The position numbers and the translations under genes were made by a program. A stretch of DNA of 46,760 nt from Hyphomicrobiaceae bacterium (GTDB lineage: Bacteria; Pseudomonadota; Alphaproteobacteria; Rhizobiales; Hyphomicrobiaceae): the NCBI GenBank assembly GCA_051009955.1, contig JBPCWB010000099.1, positions 1-46,760 of the forward strand, given 5' to 3'. Shown piece after piece: positions 30,931 through 39,601 of this stretch. Under the pieces are notes generated by a model. It saw only the letters and a program-made list of their open reading frames with translations, had not been told where the DNA came from and ran no database searches. Position 1 is the first letter of the stretch; each line of letters opens with the position of its first letter.

Positions 30931-31524
30931 TCACTGATAAAAAACAAAAGCCGCGATCAGAACACCACAAAACACCGAAGCAACCAACAGCCAAGCCAGA
31001 TTTCTCTTGGGCACCACAGTCCCCGGCTGCCCCGTCGGCTCGATTTGATGACCTGTTGCACTTCCCAAATCCGTTCTGACGGACGGTCGCCAATGCCCCA
31101 CTTTGGTCGCCTGCGCGCCGATGAAGCCCGTTACCGCCTCCTCAATTGCACCAGACAAGTCACTGGCCAGGGCACGTCGATCAAATTCGACGCCATCGTC
31201 CATCTTTGCCGCGATACTGACGCGAAAGATCGGTGCTTCCGTTTCCACGACCATGGTTGTATCGCCCGACATTCCATCTGGCAGGCGGTGACTGACGGTC
31301 TCGGCCAACGTCTTGTCAATCTGGCTTTGATGCCGCTCGAGGAACATCAGGATATCACCTACTTTGTGGGCTCTGGCGCGTTCACGCTCTGCCTCGGCCA
31401 TGTCGGCTGGCAAATCGACCGGAACGACATCGATGTGCCCCGTCACTTCGATTGTGTCCGCCTTTTGGGATGTGTCCTGCTTGTCAGACCTGTCCACCAC
31501 GCCGCAACTCCCGATCAACGTCAC
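30931..31524 (-). CDS. Hypothetical acidic protein with single C-terminal transmembrane segment (orfA in the metH split)
   Basis: The ORF is up to 197 aa, with a C-terminal anchor LAWLLVASVFCGVLIAAFVF. The start is uncertain: the GTG at 31524 has no SD, while the GTG at 31500 has GGGAG 7 nt upstream. I recognise no family. Confidence 0.55.
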   Translation of the reverse strand: MTLIGSCGVVDRSDKQDTSQKADTIEVTGHIDVVPVDLPADMAEAERERARAHKVGDILMFLERHQSQIDKTLAETVSHRLPDGMSGDTTMVVETEAPIFRVSIAAKMDDGVEFDRRALASDLSGAIEEAVTGFIGAQATKVGHWRPSVRTDLGSATGHQIEPTGQPGTVVPKRNLAWLLVASVFCGVLIAAFVFYQ

Positions 31525-31530
31525 GCTGCA

Positions 31531-32595
31531 TCAAGCCTGGACGAAAGCTTCGAGCCCGGACAGTCGCAGCTTAGTTTCCAGAACCGGCAGCCCGCGTGGT
31601 GAGATACCATTTACCGATTGTGCAATCTGGCGAATGTGGTCCGGAGTCGAGCCGCAACACCCGCCGACAATATTGATGAGACCATCGCGTGCCCACTGGC
31701 CCAACTCATTCGCCATCTGCTCCGGAGTCTCGTCATATTCGCCCATTTCGTTCGGCAGACCCGCGTTTGGATAGACTGAGATGAAACGATCAGCAACCGC
31801 CGACAGTTCAGCAACGTAGGGCCGCATCAATTCCGCCCCCAGCGCACAGTTCAACCCAATCGAGAAGGGTCTGAGATGACGCATGGAATACCAGAACGCT
31901 TCCGAGGTTTGGCCCGACAACGTGCGCCCGGAGCGATCGGTGATCGTGCCTGATATCATGATGGGCAAGGCCACGTTCATCGCATCGAAGGCTTCGAGAG
32001 TTGCATAACCGGCAGCCTTCGCATTCAAGGTGTCGAAGATCGTCTCAATCAAGATAATATCGACACCACCCCGGATCAGGGCACGAACCTGCTCGCCATA
32101 AGCCGTCGCCAATTCGTCGAACGAGGTATTGCGAAAGCCGGGATTGTTGACGTCCGGCGAGATCGACGCCGTCCGATTGGTCGGCCCGACGGCACCCGCA
32201 ACAAAGCGTGGACGAGACTCGTCTTCGTGCTCTGCCGCGTCCGCCGCGTCTCGAGCAATCCGTGCCGCATGAAAATTGATCTCGTCGGCCAGATCTTCCA
32301 TGCCGTAATCGGCCAAAGAAATCCGCTGCGCGTTGAAGGTATTGGTGGCGATGATGTCGGCACCGGCATCCAGATATCTCCGATGGATCTCTCGGACGTG
32401 CGCAGGCTGCGTCAGAACAAGCAGGTCATTGTTTCCCTTCAAGTCCTGAGACCAATTTGCAAACCGGTCCCCGCGAAAGTCCTCCTCCGTGAGACGCAAC
32501 TCCTGCACCATGGTTCCCATGGCGCCGTCCATCACCAGAATTCGATCCTTGGCGGCCGCAGCAAGAACGGCCTCGCGAGCGATCTCCGACCTCAT
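31531..32595 (-). CDS. Homocysteine S-methyltransferase domain protein (stand-alone MetH N-terminal Hcy-binding module)
   Basis: 354 aa. It has [10 protein letters not shown] and the Zn-ligand Cys contexts GLNCALG and [11 protein letters not shown]. Its start overlaps the metF stop (ATGA). Confidence 0.9.
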   Translation of the reverse strand: MRSEIAREAVLAAAAKDRILVMDGAMGTMVQELRLTEEDFRGDRFANWSQDLKGNNDLLVLTQPAHVREIHRRYLDAGADIIATNTFNAQRISLADYGMEDLADEINFHAARIARDAADAAEHEDESRPRFVAGAVGPTNRTASISPDVNNPGFRNTSFDELATAYGEQVRALIRGGVDIILIETIFDTLNAKAAGYATLEAFDAMNVALPIMISGTITDRSGRTLSGQTSEAFWYSMRHLRPFSIGLNCALGAELMRPYVAELSAVADRFISVYPNAGLPNEMGEYDETPEQMANELGQWARDGLINIVGGCCGSTPDHIRQIAQSVNGISPRGLPVLETKLRLSGLEAFVQA

Positions 32596-33515
32596 GCGAT
32601 TGCCCTCTCGCCCTGGTTCGTTGCTGTCGGCCGAAGCCCCAGCAAATGGCAGATCGCATAAACCAGATCAGCTCTATTCAACGTGTAGAAGTGGAACTTG
32701 CGTGTCCCGCGGTCGACCAAATCCATGACCTGTTCGGCGGCCATTGCCGCAGCAACCAAATGAGTCGTGGCAGGATCATCATCCAGCCCTTCGAACCGTC
32801 GAGCCAGCCACGGTGGAATACTGGCACCGCAACGACCAGCAAAGCCCGCGACCTGCTTGAAGTTGTGAATGGGTACAATGCCCGGAATAATCGGACACCA
32901 GATCCCGCACCCTCGGACCCGTTCCACAAATCGCAGATAATGCTCGTTGTCGAAGAAGAACTGAGTAATGATCCGTGTCGCGCCGGCATCGATTTTAGCT
33001 TTGAGATGATCCAGATCAGCCGCCAGCGACGGACTTTCCGGATGCATCTCCGGATAGCCGCCGACGGACACATCAAATGCACCGATAGATCGAATTCCGG
33101 CAACCAACTCGGCCGAGTTCTCGTAACCACCGGGATAGGCTGTATAGCGCGTACCCGCGCCGTCCGGCGGATCGCCACGCAAAGCAACGATGTGGCGAAC
33201 GCCGACATCCCAATAGTTCGTGATGACGCTGTCGACGTCTTCGCGCGTCGCACCGACGCACGTCAGATGCCCCGCCGGACGCAAGGCGGTTTCCGACACG
33301 ATCTTCGCAACCGTCGCGTGCGTACGTTCCCGCGTCGAGCCGCCTGCTCCGTAGGTGACCGAAACGAACTCAGGACGGAGCGGCTCCAAGCGGTCAATGC
33401 AACGCCATAGGCTGTCTTCCATCTTTTGCGTTTTCGGCGGAAAGAACTCGAATGAAACATCGATCTCTCCGGCCCCCAACAGGCGGCTTCTACGCACTGA
33501 ACCGTGATCTTCCAT
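32592..33515 (-). CDS. metF: Methylenetetrahydrofolate reductase
   Basis: 307 aa with [20 protein letters not shown] and HLTCVG... motifs. It overlaps the upstream regulator gene by 26 nt. Confidence 0.93.
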   Translation of the reverse strand: MEDHGSVRRSRLLGAGEIDVSFEFFPPKTQKMEDSLWRCIDRLEPLRPEFVSVTYGAGGSTRERTHATVAKIVSETALRPAGHLTCVGATREDVDSVITNYWDVGVRHIVALRGDPPDGAGTRYTAYPGGYENSAELVAGIRSIGAFDVSVGGYPEMHPESPSLAADLDHLKAKIDAGATRIITQFFFDNEHYLRFVERVRGCGIWCPIIPGIVPIHNFKQVAGFAGRCGASIPPWLARRFEGLDDDPATTHLVAAAMAAEQVMDLVDRGTRKFHFYTLNRADLVYAICHLLGLRPTATNQGERAIA

Positions 33516-34521
33516 CTTCCACCTCTCGAGGCGGATTTGCCTCTTCCATTTCCGGCGCCAGTCGCAGTCGCGCCTGGCGCTCCGCCAGCCAAATCGAAAC
33601 CGTCAATTGCTGGCCTTCTCCGCTCTTGCCTGGAGCAAGTTTTTCCTGATTGAGGATCTTGAGTTGCGCTCCGGCGAACCACTGCTGCATCTGATCATCG
33701 CCGAAACCGAGCCGGGCATGTGCGTAGTGTTCGCGTAGCGCATCGAGATCATGCGGTGCGAAATCAACGACGAGCAATCGCCCGCTCGGTCGCAAGATAC
33801 GAGAGGCTTCGCTAATAGCGCTTTGAGGATCAGTGAGATGGTGCAGGACCTGGTGCATCACCACAACGTCAGCGGACCCATCGTCGATGTTTAAGTTGTA
33901 GATGTCACCTTTGCGCACCTGGGCATGGCGGCAATCGCCATCGTCCAGCTTGGCCCGCGCGTAATTGAGCATCGCCTGATTGGCATCGATACCCAACCCG
34001 CGTGCATAGAGATCTGAAAAGAGTTCGAGGATCCGCCCGGTGCCCGTCCCCAGATCCACCAGGAGTTCCGCTGACGTCGCTGCCAACTCGCGACGCATTG
34101 CAGCCTCGACAACTGTCTCGTCAACGTACAGCGAACGTAAGTGATCCCAGTCGGCGGCATGGCTCTGGAAATAAGACTGAGCTGTGACCGCACGCTCATC
34201 CGTCAGGGCCTTGAGCCGTTCGCGATCGCGCCGGAAGAGCGGGTCCGATGTCTCAAAGCCACCGACGATGCGTCGCGTGAATTCTGCGTTTGCCAACCTG
34301 AAAAAGACCCAGCTGCCTTCACGATGACGCTCAATCTGCCCCGCGTCATGCAGGAGCTTGAGATGCCGGCTGAGCCGCGGTTGGCTCTGTCCCAGGATCT
34401 GCGTCAGATCCTTGACCGTCAGCTCGCTCGACCGCAGCAGCATGAGGATGCGCAGGCGCGTAATCTCTGCCGCTGCCTTCAGCGCCGCCAGTCCCGCAAT
34501 CGCCTCGATCTTATCAGTCAT
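33490..34521 (-). CDS. sahR: ArsR-family HTH fused to a SAM-methyltransferase-like domain (SahR-type methyl-cycle regulator)
   Basis: 343 aa. The N-terminus is an ArsR wHTH (TRLRILMLLRSSELTVKDLTQILGQSQPRLSRHLKLL). The C-terminus is a class I methyltransferase fold (LLVDLGTGTGRI). It is the first gene of the metF/metH operon. The symbol is assigned by architecture and context only. Confidence 0.75.
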   Translation of the reverse strand: MTDKIEAIAGLAALKAAAEITRLRILMLLRSSELTVKDLTQILGQSQPRLSRHLKLLHDAGQIERHREGSWVFFRLANAEFTRRIVGGFETSDPLFRRDRERLKALTDERAVTAQSYFQSHAADWDHLRSLYVDETVVEAAMRRELAATSAELLVDLGTGTGRILELFSDLYARGLGIDANQAMLNYARAKLDDGDCRHAQVRKGDIYNLNIDDGSADVVVMHQVLHHLTDPQSAISEASRILRPSGRLLVVDFAPHDLDALREHYAHARLGFGDDQMQQWFAGAQLKILNQEKLAPGKSGEGQQLTVSIWLAERQARLRLAPEMEEANPPREVEDGRSRFSA

Positions 34522-34542
34522 CGTTGCTCCAAGCGTAGACGT

Positions 34543-34562
34543 ATATAAACATATCTTTATAT
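34543..34562. promoter_or_regulatory. AT-rich 20-bp palindrome, candidate SahR/ArsR-type operator
   Basis: ATATAAACAT|ATCTTTATAT pairs at 9 of 10 positions. It lies 22-41 nt upstream of the regulator's ATG (34521), just 5' of its SD (GGAG). It stands out against GC-rich surroundings. Confidence 0.5.
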
Positions 34563-34899
34563 GTCAAGCCTGGAGCACAAAGCGTTCCCTTCCTACACAA
34601 CGGTTAATGCGCCGGTAAGACCATGCGGATAACAATGGCTGCCAGGTGTTAAGCCGTGCGTCATCGCGCATCGACATCCATGTCTCAATCAAATGCAAGG
34701 GATGCGAGACAACATGCGATAAATCTTGCAAGTTGGTCATAAACTTGCGGAAAGCTTCACGTATGCAGCGATATCACGCTGAGGGACACACCAATCGACC
34801 TGCCATTGACCAGCACCACGTTCAATCATGCTGACATTCGCCAACGCCATGCCGACCACCACTCCTAATGGCCAAAATCGCACTGAACCGGAAAAAAAC

Positions 34900-35508
34900 A
34901 TGACGAAAACTCTGTCGTTTCTGGCCGCGGCCCGACTACTCACCATCACGCTGGTTGCAGCACTTCCCTTCGTTACGTTTGCGACAAGCCAGGCGGCTGC
35001 GCGCAAGGAAGATGCCGCTGTCAAATACATGCGACGGGCCGCGAATGCGCTGATCAATGCCCAACGCAAGGCCTCGGCCAGTGCATTTGTCAATGTCCTG
35101 AATACGTACGGTCACGTCCCGGCAATAGCATTGTCTGCGCTTGGTGAGTTTCGCAAGCATCTGCCGAAGAGCAAGCGGCGGACCTACTATAGCGGTACTA
35201 TGCGATTTATTGGTCGATACGCTGCCATCGAAGCGACCAAGTATCCTGTTTCACGCGTCAAGTTTCCGGCGGCTGGAATTCGCGATGGTCGCAACATCCT
35301 GGTCGACAGCAAGGTGCTGATGCAGGATGGCTCACAGTACGATGTGCGCTGGATGCTGCTGCCCAATGGCAGAGGTTTCAAGGTGCGCGACGCCCAAGTT
35401 CTCGGCTTTTGGGTCAGCCCGTTTCTACAGACCCTGTTTACCGACTACGTGCGTGAGAATGGCGGCAACGTCAACGCGCTTGTAACGGTCTTGAGCCGCA
35501 TGCCGTAG
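34900..35508 (+). CDS. MlaC/Ttg2D-like periplasmic lipid-binding protein
   Basis: Start placed at ATG 34900, giving the signal peptide MTKTLSFLAAARLLTITLVAALPFVTFATSQAAA. Size and pattern (ALGEFRKHL...RRTYYSGTMRFIGRYAA) fit the toluene-tolerance/MlaC family. Confidence 0.6.
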   Translation: MTKTLSFLAAARLLTITLVAALPFVTFATSQAAARKEDAAVKYMRRAANALINAQRKASASAFVNVLNTYGHVPAIALSALGEFRKHLPKSKRRTYYSGTMRFIGRYAAIEATKYPVSRVKFPAAGIRDGRNILVDSKVLMQDGSQYDVRWMLLPNGRGFKVRDAQVLGFWVSPFLQTLFTDYVRENGGNVNALVTVLSRMP

Positions 35509-35567
35509 CCGCCGCCTGGGTTCGATCCCGGTGAGGGGGCGCCGGCACCCTGTCACAGCAAGCCGGT

Positions 35568-37223
35568 TCAACGCTCGAAGCGCTTGAACTTGATGCGATG
35601 CGGTTCGACCGCCGCGTCCCCGAGGCGACGCTTCTTATCCGCCTCATAGTCGGCATAGTTGCCCTCGAACCACTCGACGTGGCTGTCGCCCTCGAAGGCC
35701 AGAATATGCGTGGCTAGGCGATCGAGGAAAAACCGATCGTGGCTGATAACCACGGCACAACCCGGGAAATCCTCAAGAGCGGCTTCGAGCGCCGACAAGG
35801 TCTCGACGTCAAGGTCGTTCGTCGGTTCGTCGAGCAAAATGAGATTGGCGCCTTGCTTCAGCATTTTTGCGAGGTGGACACGATTGCGCTCACCACCCGA
35901 TAGCAGACCGACTTTCTTCTGCTGGTCCGGACCACGGAAGTTGAACCAGCCGGTATAGGCGCGACTGGCCATCTCTTTGTTGCCAAGCTGGATCATATCC
36001 TTGCCGTCAGAAATTTCCTCCCAGACGGATTTCTTGGAGTTGAGCGCGTCGCGCGACTGGTCTACGTAGCCGACTTTGACGGTTTCGCCGATACGGATCG
36101 TGCCGCCATCGGGTTCCTCCTGCTCCGTGATCATCTTGAACAAAGTCGACTTGCCCGCGCCATTCGGCCCAATAACGCCGACAATACCCCCCGGGGGCAA
36201 ATTGAAGGACAGATCGTCAATCAACAAACGGTCGTCGAATCCTTTCGACAAACCCACAACTTCGACGACGACGCCTCCTAGTTTTGGCCCCGGTGGAATG
36301 CGGATTTGAGCGGACGTGATATCCTCGCGCCCTGCCTCTTCGGCCAGTCGATCGTAGGCCTCGATCCTCGCCTTCGACTTGGCCTGACGCGCCCGCGGGC
36401 TTGAGCGGATCCACTCCAGTTCGCGCTTGAGCGCGCGCTGCTTCGACTCTTCCTGGCCCTTCTCAACCTCCAGGCGCTTCGCCTTTTGCTCCAACCAGGA
36501 CGAGTAATTGCCCTTATAGGGAACGCCCTGTCCACGATCGAGTTCCAGGGTCCATTCCGTAATGTTGTCCAGGAAGTAGCGGTCGTGCGTCACCAGGATC
36601 ACGCAGCCTGGATAGTCGATTAGGAAGCGCTCCAGCCAGGCCACACTCTCAGCATCAAGGTGGTTGGTCGGCTCGTCCAGCAGGAGGATCTCAGGCTTCG
36701 ACAGCAACAACCGGGTCAATGCAACGCGGCGCTTCTCCCCGCCAGACAGATTCTCCACACTACTCTCACCCGCCGGACAGCGCAGTGCATCCAGGGCCTG
36801 TTCAACCTGCGCATCAAGATCCCAAAGATCCTGGGCGTCGATTTGATCCTGCAGGTTGGCCATTTCCTCGGCAGTTTCCTCCGAGTAATTCATCGCCAAC
36901 TCGTTGAACCGGTCGAGCATTGCCTTCTTTTCGGCAACACCTTCCATCGCGTTATCGATGACTGATTTATCGGAATCCAGGTCAGGTTCCTGCGGCAGGT
37001 AACCCACTTTTATTCCGTCCGCGGCCCAGGATTCACCAACAAAATCGTCAACTGTGCCGGCCATGATCTTGAGGAGCGTCGACTTGCCTGCCCCGTTCAC
37101 ACCGACCACGCCAATCTTGGCGCCTGGCAGGAACGACAATGAAATATCAGTCAGGACCTGCTTGCCGCCCGGATAGGTCTTGGACAGCTTATGCATGTGA
37201 TAAACGTACTGTGGCGTCGCCAT
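35568..37223 (-). CDS. ettA: Energy-dependent translational throttle protein EttA (ABC-F ATPase)
   Basis: Start placed at ATG 37223 ([24 protein letters not shown]...), which aligns with the EttA N-terminus. There are two ABC cassettes (GVNGAGKST / LSGGEKRR; GPNGAGKST / LSGGERNR). Confidence 0.93.
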   Translation of the reverse strand: MATPQYVYHMHKLSKTYPGGKQVLTDISLSFLPGAKIGVVGVNGAGKSTLLKIMAGTVDDFVGESWAADGIKVGYLPQEPDLDSDKSVIDNAMEGVAEKKAMLDRFNELAMNYSEETAEEMANLQDQIDAQDLWDLDAQVEQALDALRCPAGESSVENLSGGEKRRVALTRLLLSKPEILLLDEPTNHLDAESVAWLERFLIDYPGCVILVTHDRYFLDNITEWTLELDRGQGVPYKGNYSSWLEQKAKRLEVEKGQEESKQRALKRELEWIRSSPRARQAKSKARIEAYDRLAEEAGREDITSAQIRIPPGPKLGGVVVEVVGLSKGFDDRLLIDDLSFNLPPGGIVGVIGPNGAGKSTLFKMITEQEEPDGGTIRIGETVKVGYVDQSRDALNSKKSVWEEISDGKDMIQLGNKEMASRAYTGWFNFRGPDQQKKVGLLSGGERNRVHLAKMLKQGANLILLDEPTNDLDVETLSALEAALEDFPGCAVVISHDRFFLDRLATHILAFEGDSHVEWFEGNYADYEADKKRRLGDAAVEPHRIKFKRFER

Positions 37224-37418
37224 GATTTGTGAAACTCCTGAAGAGGAACCGCCCATGCGGTGCGTCTGTCGATTTGGGCGGTGTTCTAGCGAATTGTGAG
37301 AGCGACCTCAACGCGGCGACGTGGCAGCATGTGAATGAGCCACGACGCACTCGGGCCAAGGAAATCTAGTCATTTGGGTTGAACGTGCTTAGGTTCGACG
37401 CATGTTTCACCCCCGACC

Positions 37419-38087
37419 ATGGCACGCCGCATGACTGATACCACACCAATGCCCCGGCACTTCCTCTACTTTGCCGACCCCATGTGTTCGTGGTGTTACG
37501 GCTTCGCTCCGGTGATCGATGCGCTCTGTGAGCACTTCAAGGACCGGCTGGCGTTACGTATCGTGGTTGGCGGTTTGCGCGCAGGTAACACCGAAGCCAT
37601 GCGCGAGAAGGATCGCGACTATATCCGTGGTGCCTGGACTCGCGTCGGCGAGGCCTCCGGCCAGCCTTTCGATTTTTCGTTCTTCGATCGCGACACATTC
37701 ACTTATGACACCGAGCCCGCCTGCCGTGCCGTCGTTGCCATGCGCATGCGCTCCCCCAACAAGGCGCTTGCCATGAAGGCGGCCATCAGTACAGCCTTCT
37801 ACGCCAATAACCGTGATGTCACAGATCTTGAGACCCTGGCAGACATTGCCGGGGACATGGGTGAAGACCGGGCCGAGTTCAAGACTGCCCTTCTCAACCC
37901 GGAAGTTCGCAACGAAACCTTCCGGGACTTCCTGTTTGCGCAGCAGTCCGGCGTCCACGGATTTCCATGTCTTTTGATCGGCAATGAGTCGGGCGGCTAT
38001 ACGCTGGTGACCAACGGGTTCCGACCCATCGACGGATTGCCTGAAGCCATCGAAAACTGGTTACAGAGCCAGCCAGAGGCCGCCTGA
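37419..38087 (+). CDS. DsbA-family thioredoxin-fold protein
   Basis: 222 aa with the CxxC motif in FADPMCSWCYGF. No obvious signal peptide. Confidence 0.75.
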   Translation: MARRMTDTTPMPRHFLYFADPMCSWCYGFAPVIDALCEHFKDRLALRIVVGGLRAGNTEAMREKDRDYIRGAWTRVGEASGQPFDFSFFDRDTFTYDTEPACRAVVAMRMRSPNKALAMKAAISTAFYANNRDVTDLETLADIAGDMGEDRAEFKTALLNPEVRNETFRDFLFAQQSGVHGFPCLLIGNESGGYTLVTNGFRPIDGLPEAIENWLQSQPEAA

Positions 38088-38107
38088 TGTGCGGAACGCA
38101 GCTGTGA

Positions 38108-38830
38108 TTACAGATTGGATACGCCGGTAAAGAAGAAACCGCCAAGGCCAACAGTGAAAACCAGGCAGCCATAGAGCGTGTGTTCGAACCATACGGCCCA
38201 GAACGACCGCGTTTGATAGTATCGATAGGCCAGCAAAAAGCCGATGGCCATCGAGCCGAACACCGCGATAATATTGCCGAAAATAATATGCCCAAAGCCG
38301 AAAACGGCGCCGTTTGTCAGCACGGCAAGCCACTTCGCATCGCGAAATAGTGGACCATAGCGGTGAAAAAAGAACGTGCGGAACACCAGTTCCTGGGCCA
38401 CCACCGACAGGATCGGATACAGCAGCATCACCATCAACCAGATGTCTGGACGATAGCGCGGGAAAGACAGAAACTGGTGCGGGAACAACTCAGAAGTGGC
38501 AAGCGCGATGCCACCGCCAAGCACCGAAAATGTGCCAATGATTCCGGCCAATGCGGAAAGGCCAAAGCCGCGTGACAATTCTGTCTTGATTTGAAACGTG
38601 TCGTCCCAAAGCAGATAAGCGATGAAACCGAGCAAAACCGGCTGCAAAACCAGGAACAGCGGCACCCGCCAGGCAAAAATCGCCCAGCTCATGAGCAGCG
38701 GGGCACCGATATAGAATAAGCCAAGCTCGCTGATCAGCCACAATCGACGGGCCAATCTTGGCTGTGCGGTTCCCCTGGGCCATTCCAGGGAGCCACCAGC
38801 GGCAAACCGGGAATATTGCACGTTTTCCAT
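38108..38830 (-). CDS. CPBP family intramembrane glutamic endopeptidase (CAAX protease-like)
   Basis: 240 aa, polytopic. Motif 1 is VAQELVFRTFFFHRY (EExxxR-type) and motif 2 is VFGFGHIIFGN. Confidence 0.8.
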   Translation of the reverse strand: MENVQYSRFAAGGSLEWPRGTAQPRLARRLWLISELGLFYIGAPLLMSWAIFAWRVPLFLVLQPVLLGFIAYLLWDDTFQIKTELSRGFGLSALAGIIGTFSVLGGGIALATSELFPHQFLSFPRYRPDIWLMVMLLYPILSVVAQELVFRTFFFHRYGPLFRDAKWLAVLTNGAVFGFGHIIFGNIIAVFGSMAIGFLLAYRYYQTRSFWAVWFEHTLYGCLVFTVGLGGFFFTGVSNL

Positions 38831-38919
38831 GGTCGGCTAGAACGCAAAAACAGGGCCAGTTGGGCCAACGCTATCAGAAACAAGTGAATGAAAGGCCAAT
38901 GCCATCAAAGTCCGATGCC

Positions 38920-39546
38920 CTAGCCGCTGGCCGACGTTAGGTTCTTCACGGCGGCGGAAAGCTTGTGGCGTAACCGATGGAAGCCTTTGGTGCCCTCGCT
39001 GGTCATCCAATTCATCTGCAACGAGCGTCGCGGGCCTTCGAAGGGATGATGGCCGTGCCAGGAATTGTCCGACCGCTTGAAAATCAGAAGCGTTCCATTA
39101 TCGGGCGGGACTTCTTGAACGAAATCATCAACGTCATGGCCATTCCGCAGCAATCGCAGGCGCCCGCCCTCATGCGTCCAGTTCTCGTTGAGGTACAACA
39201 GAACAGTAATGATCTTATCCTTTGAATCGGTATGCAGGCGGCCATCTTTGGCGCGGGTGTAACCGCGTAGAGAGTACATCTTTGGCCGATCCGTGAGTTC
39301 CACGTCGAATTTTTCAGCAACGGCCTGCTCAAACGCGGGAGCGTCGAGCTCGGCCACCACATCTTTGATCAGCATGTCCGTCGCCAGGCTCTCGATTGGA
39401 TAGGAGCCGCCGCGCTCAATCTCCGGATATGTTGCGTTGATCCTATGCACCGTCTCCGCGTCGAGAAAGCCGGGTACGACTGTGAACCAAAAGGGATCCG
39501 AAATCAGCTCGGCCTCGCGAAGCTTCTGAAGATTGAGATACGACAT
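38920..39546 (-). CDS. 2OG-Fe(II) oxygenase superfamily protein
   Basis: The iron-ligand context is HTDSKDK...LLYLN..W..EGGRLRLL... with a distal WHGH. I chose the ATG at 39546, with GAGGACGGA upstream. The longest ORF starts at 39579. Confidence 0.75.
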   Translation of the reverse strand: MSYLNLQKLREAELISDPFWFTVVPGFLDAETVHRINATYPEIERGGSYPIESLATDMLIKDVVAELDAPAFEQAVAEKFDVELTDRPKMYSLRGYTRAKDGRLHTDSKDKIITVLLYLNENWTHEGGRLRLLRNGHDVDDFVQEVPPDNGTLLIFKRSDNSWHGHHPFEGPRRSLQMNWMTSEGTKGFHRLRHKLSAAVKNLTSASG

Positions 39547-39601
39547 TGCAATTTCCGTCCTCTCAAGCAGTTCGATCATCGAGTATGCCTACCAAGTCGT
39601 G

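Noticed and set aside
30421-31602. 393-aa plus-strand ORF spanning both orfA and orfB
   Set aside because: The translation is extremely Arg/His/Gln-rich and low-complexity (RRQHQHRARQ..., RRRQTHAVVKRARDRRQ). The minus-strand ORFs have coherent hydrophobic anchors, G/C-rich third codon positions and, for orfB, a good SD. I therefore judged this a shadow ORF. The orfA/orfB calls depend on that judgement.
34563-34899. Possible SAM or cobalamin riboswitch in the long gap upstream of the sahR-metF-metH operon
   Set aside because: I could not find a B12-box-like element or a SAM-II-type pseudoknot signature by eye. The region lies between divergent genes, and the AT-rich palindrome next to the regulator gene is the better-supported control element. 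An Rfam scan would settle this.
35517-35528. GGGTTCGATCCC, which resembles a tRNA T-arm/T-loop
   Set aside because: The would-be T-stem does not pair: CTGGG/CCGGT has a G-G clash at the third pair. No acceptor, D or anticodon arms can be drawn from the upstream sequence, which is the 3' end of the MlaC-like gene. I consider the resemblance coincidental.
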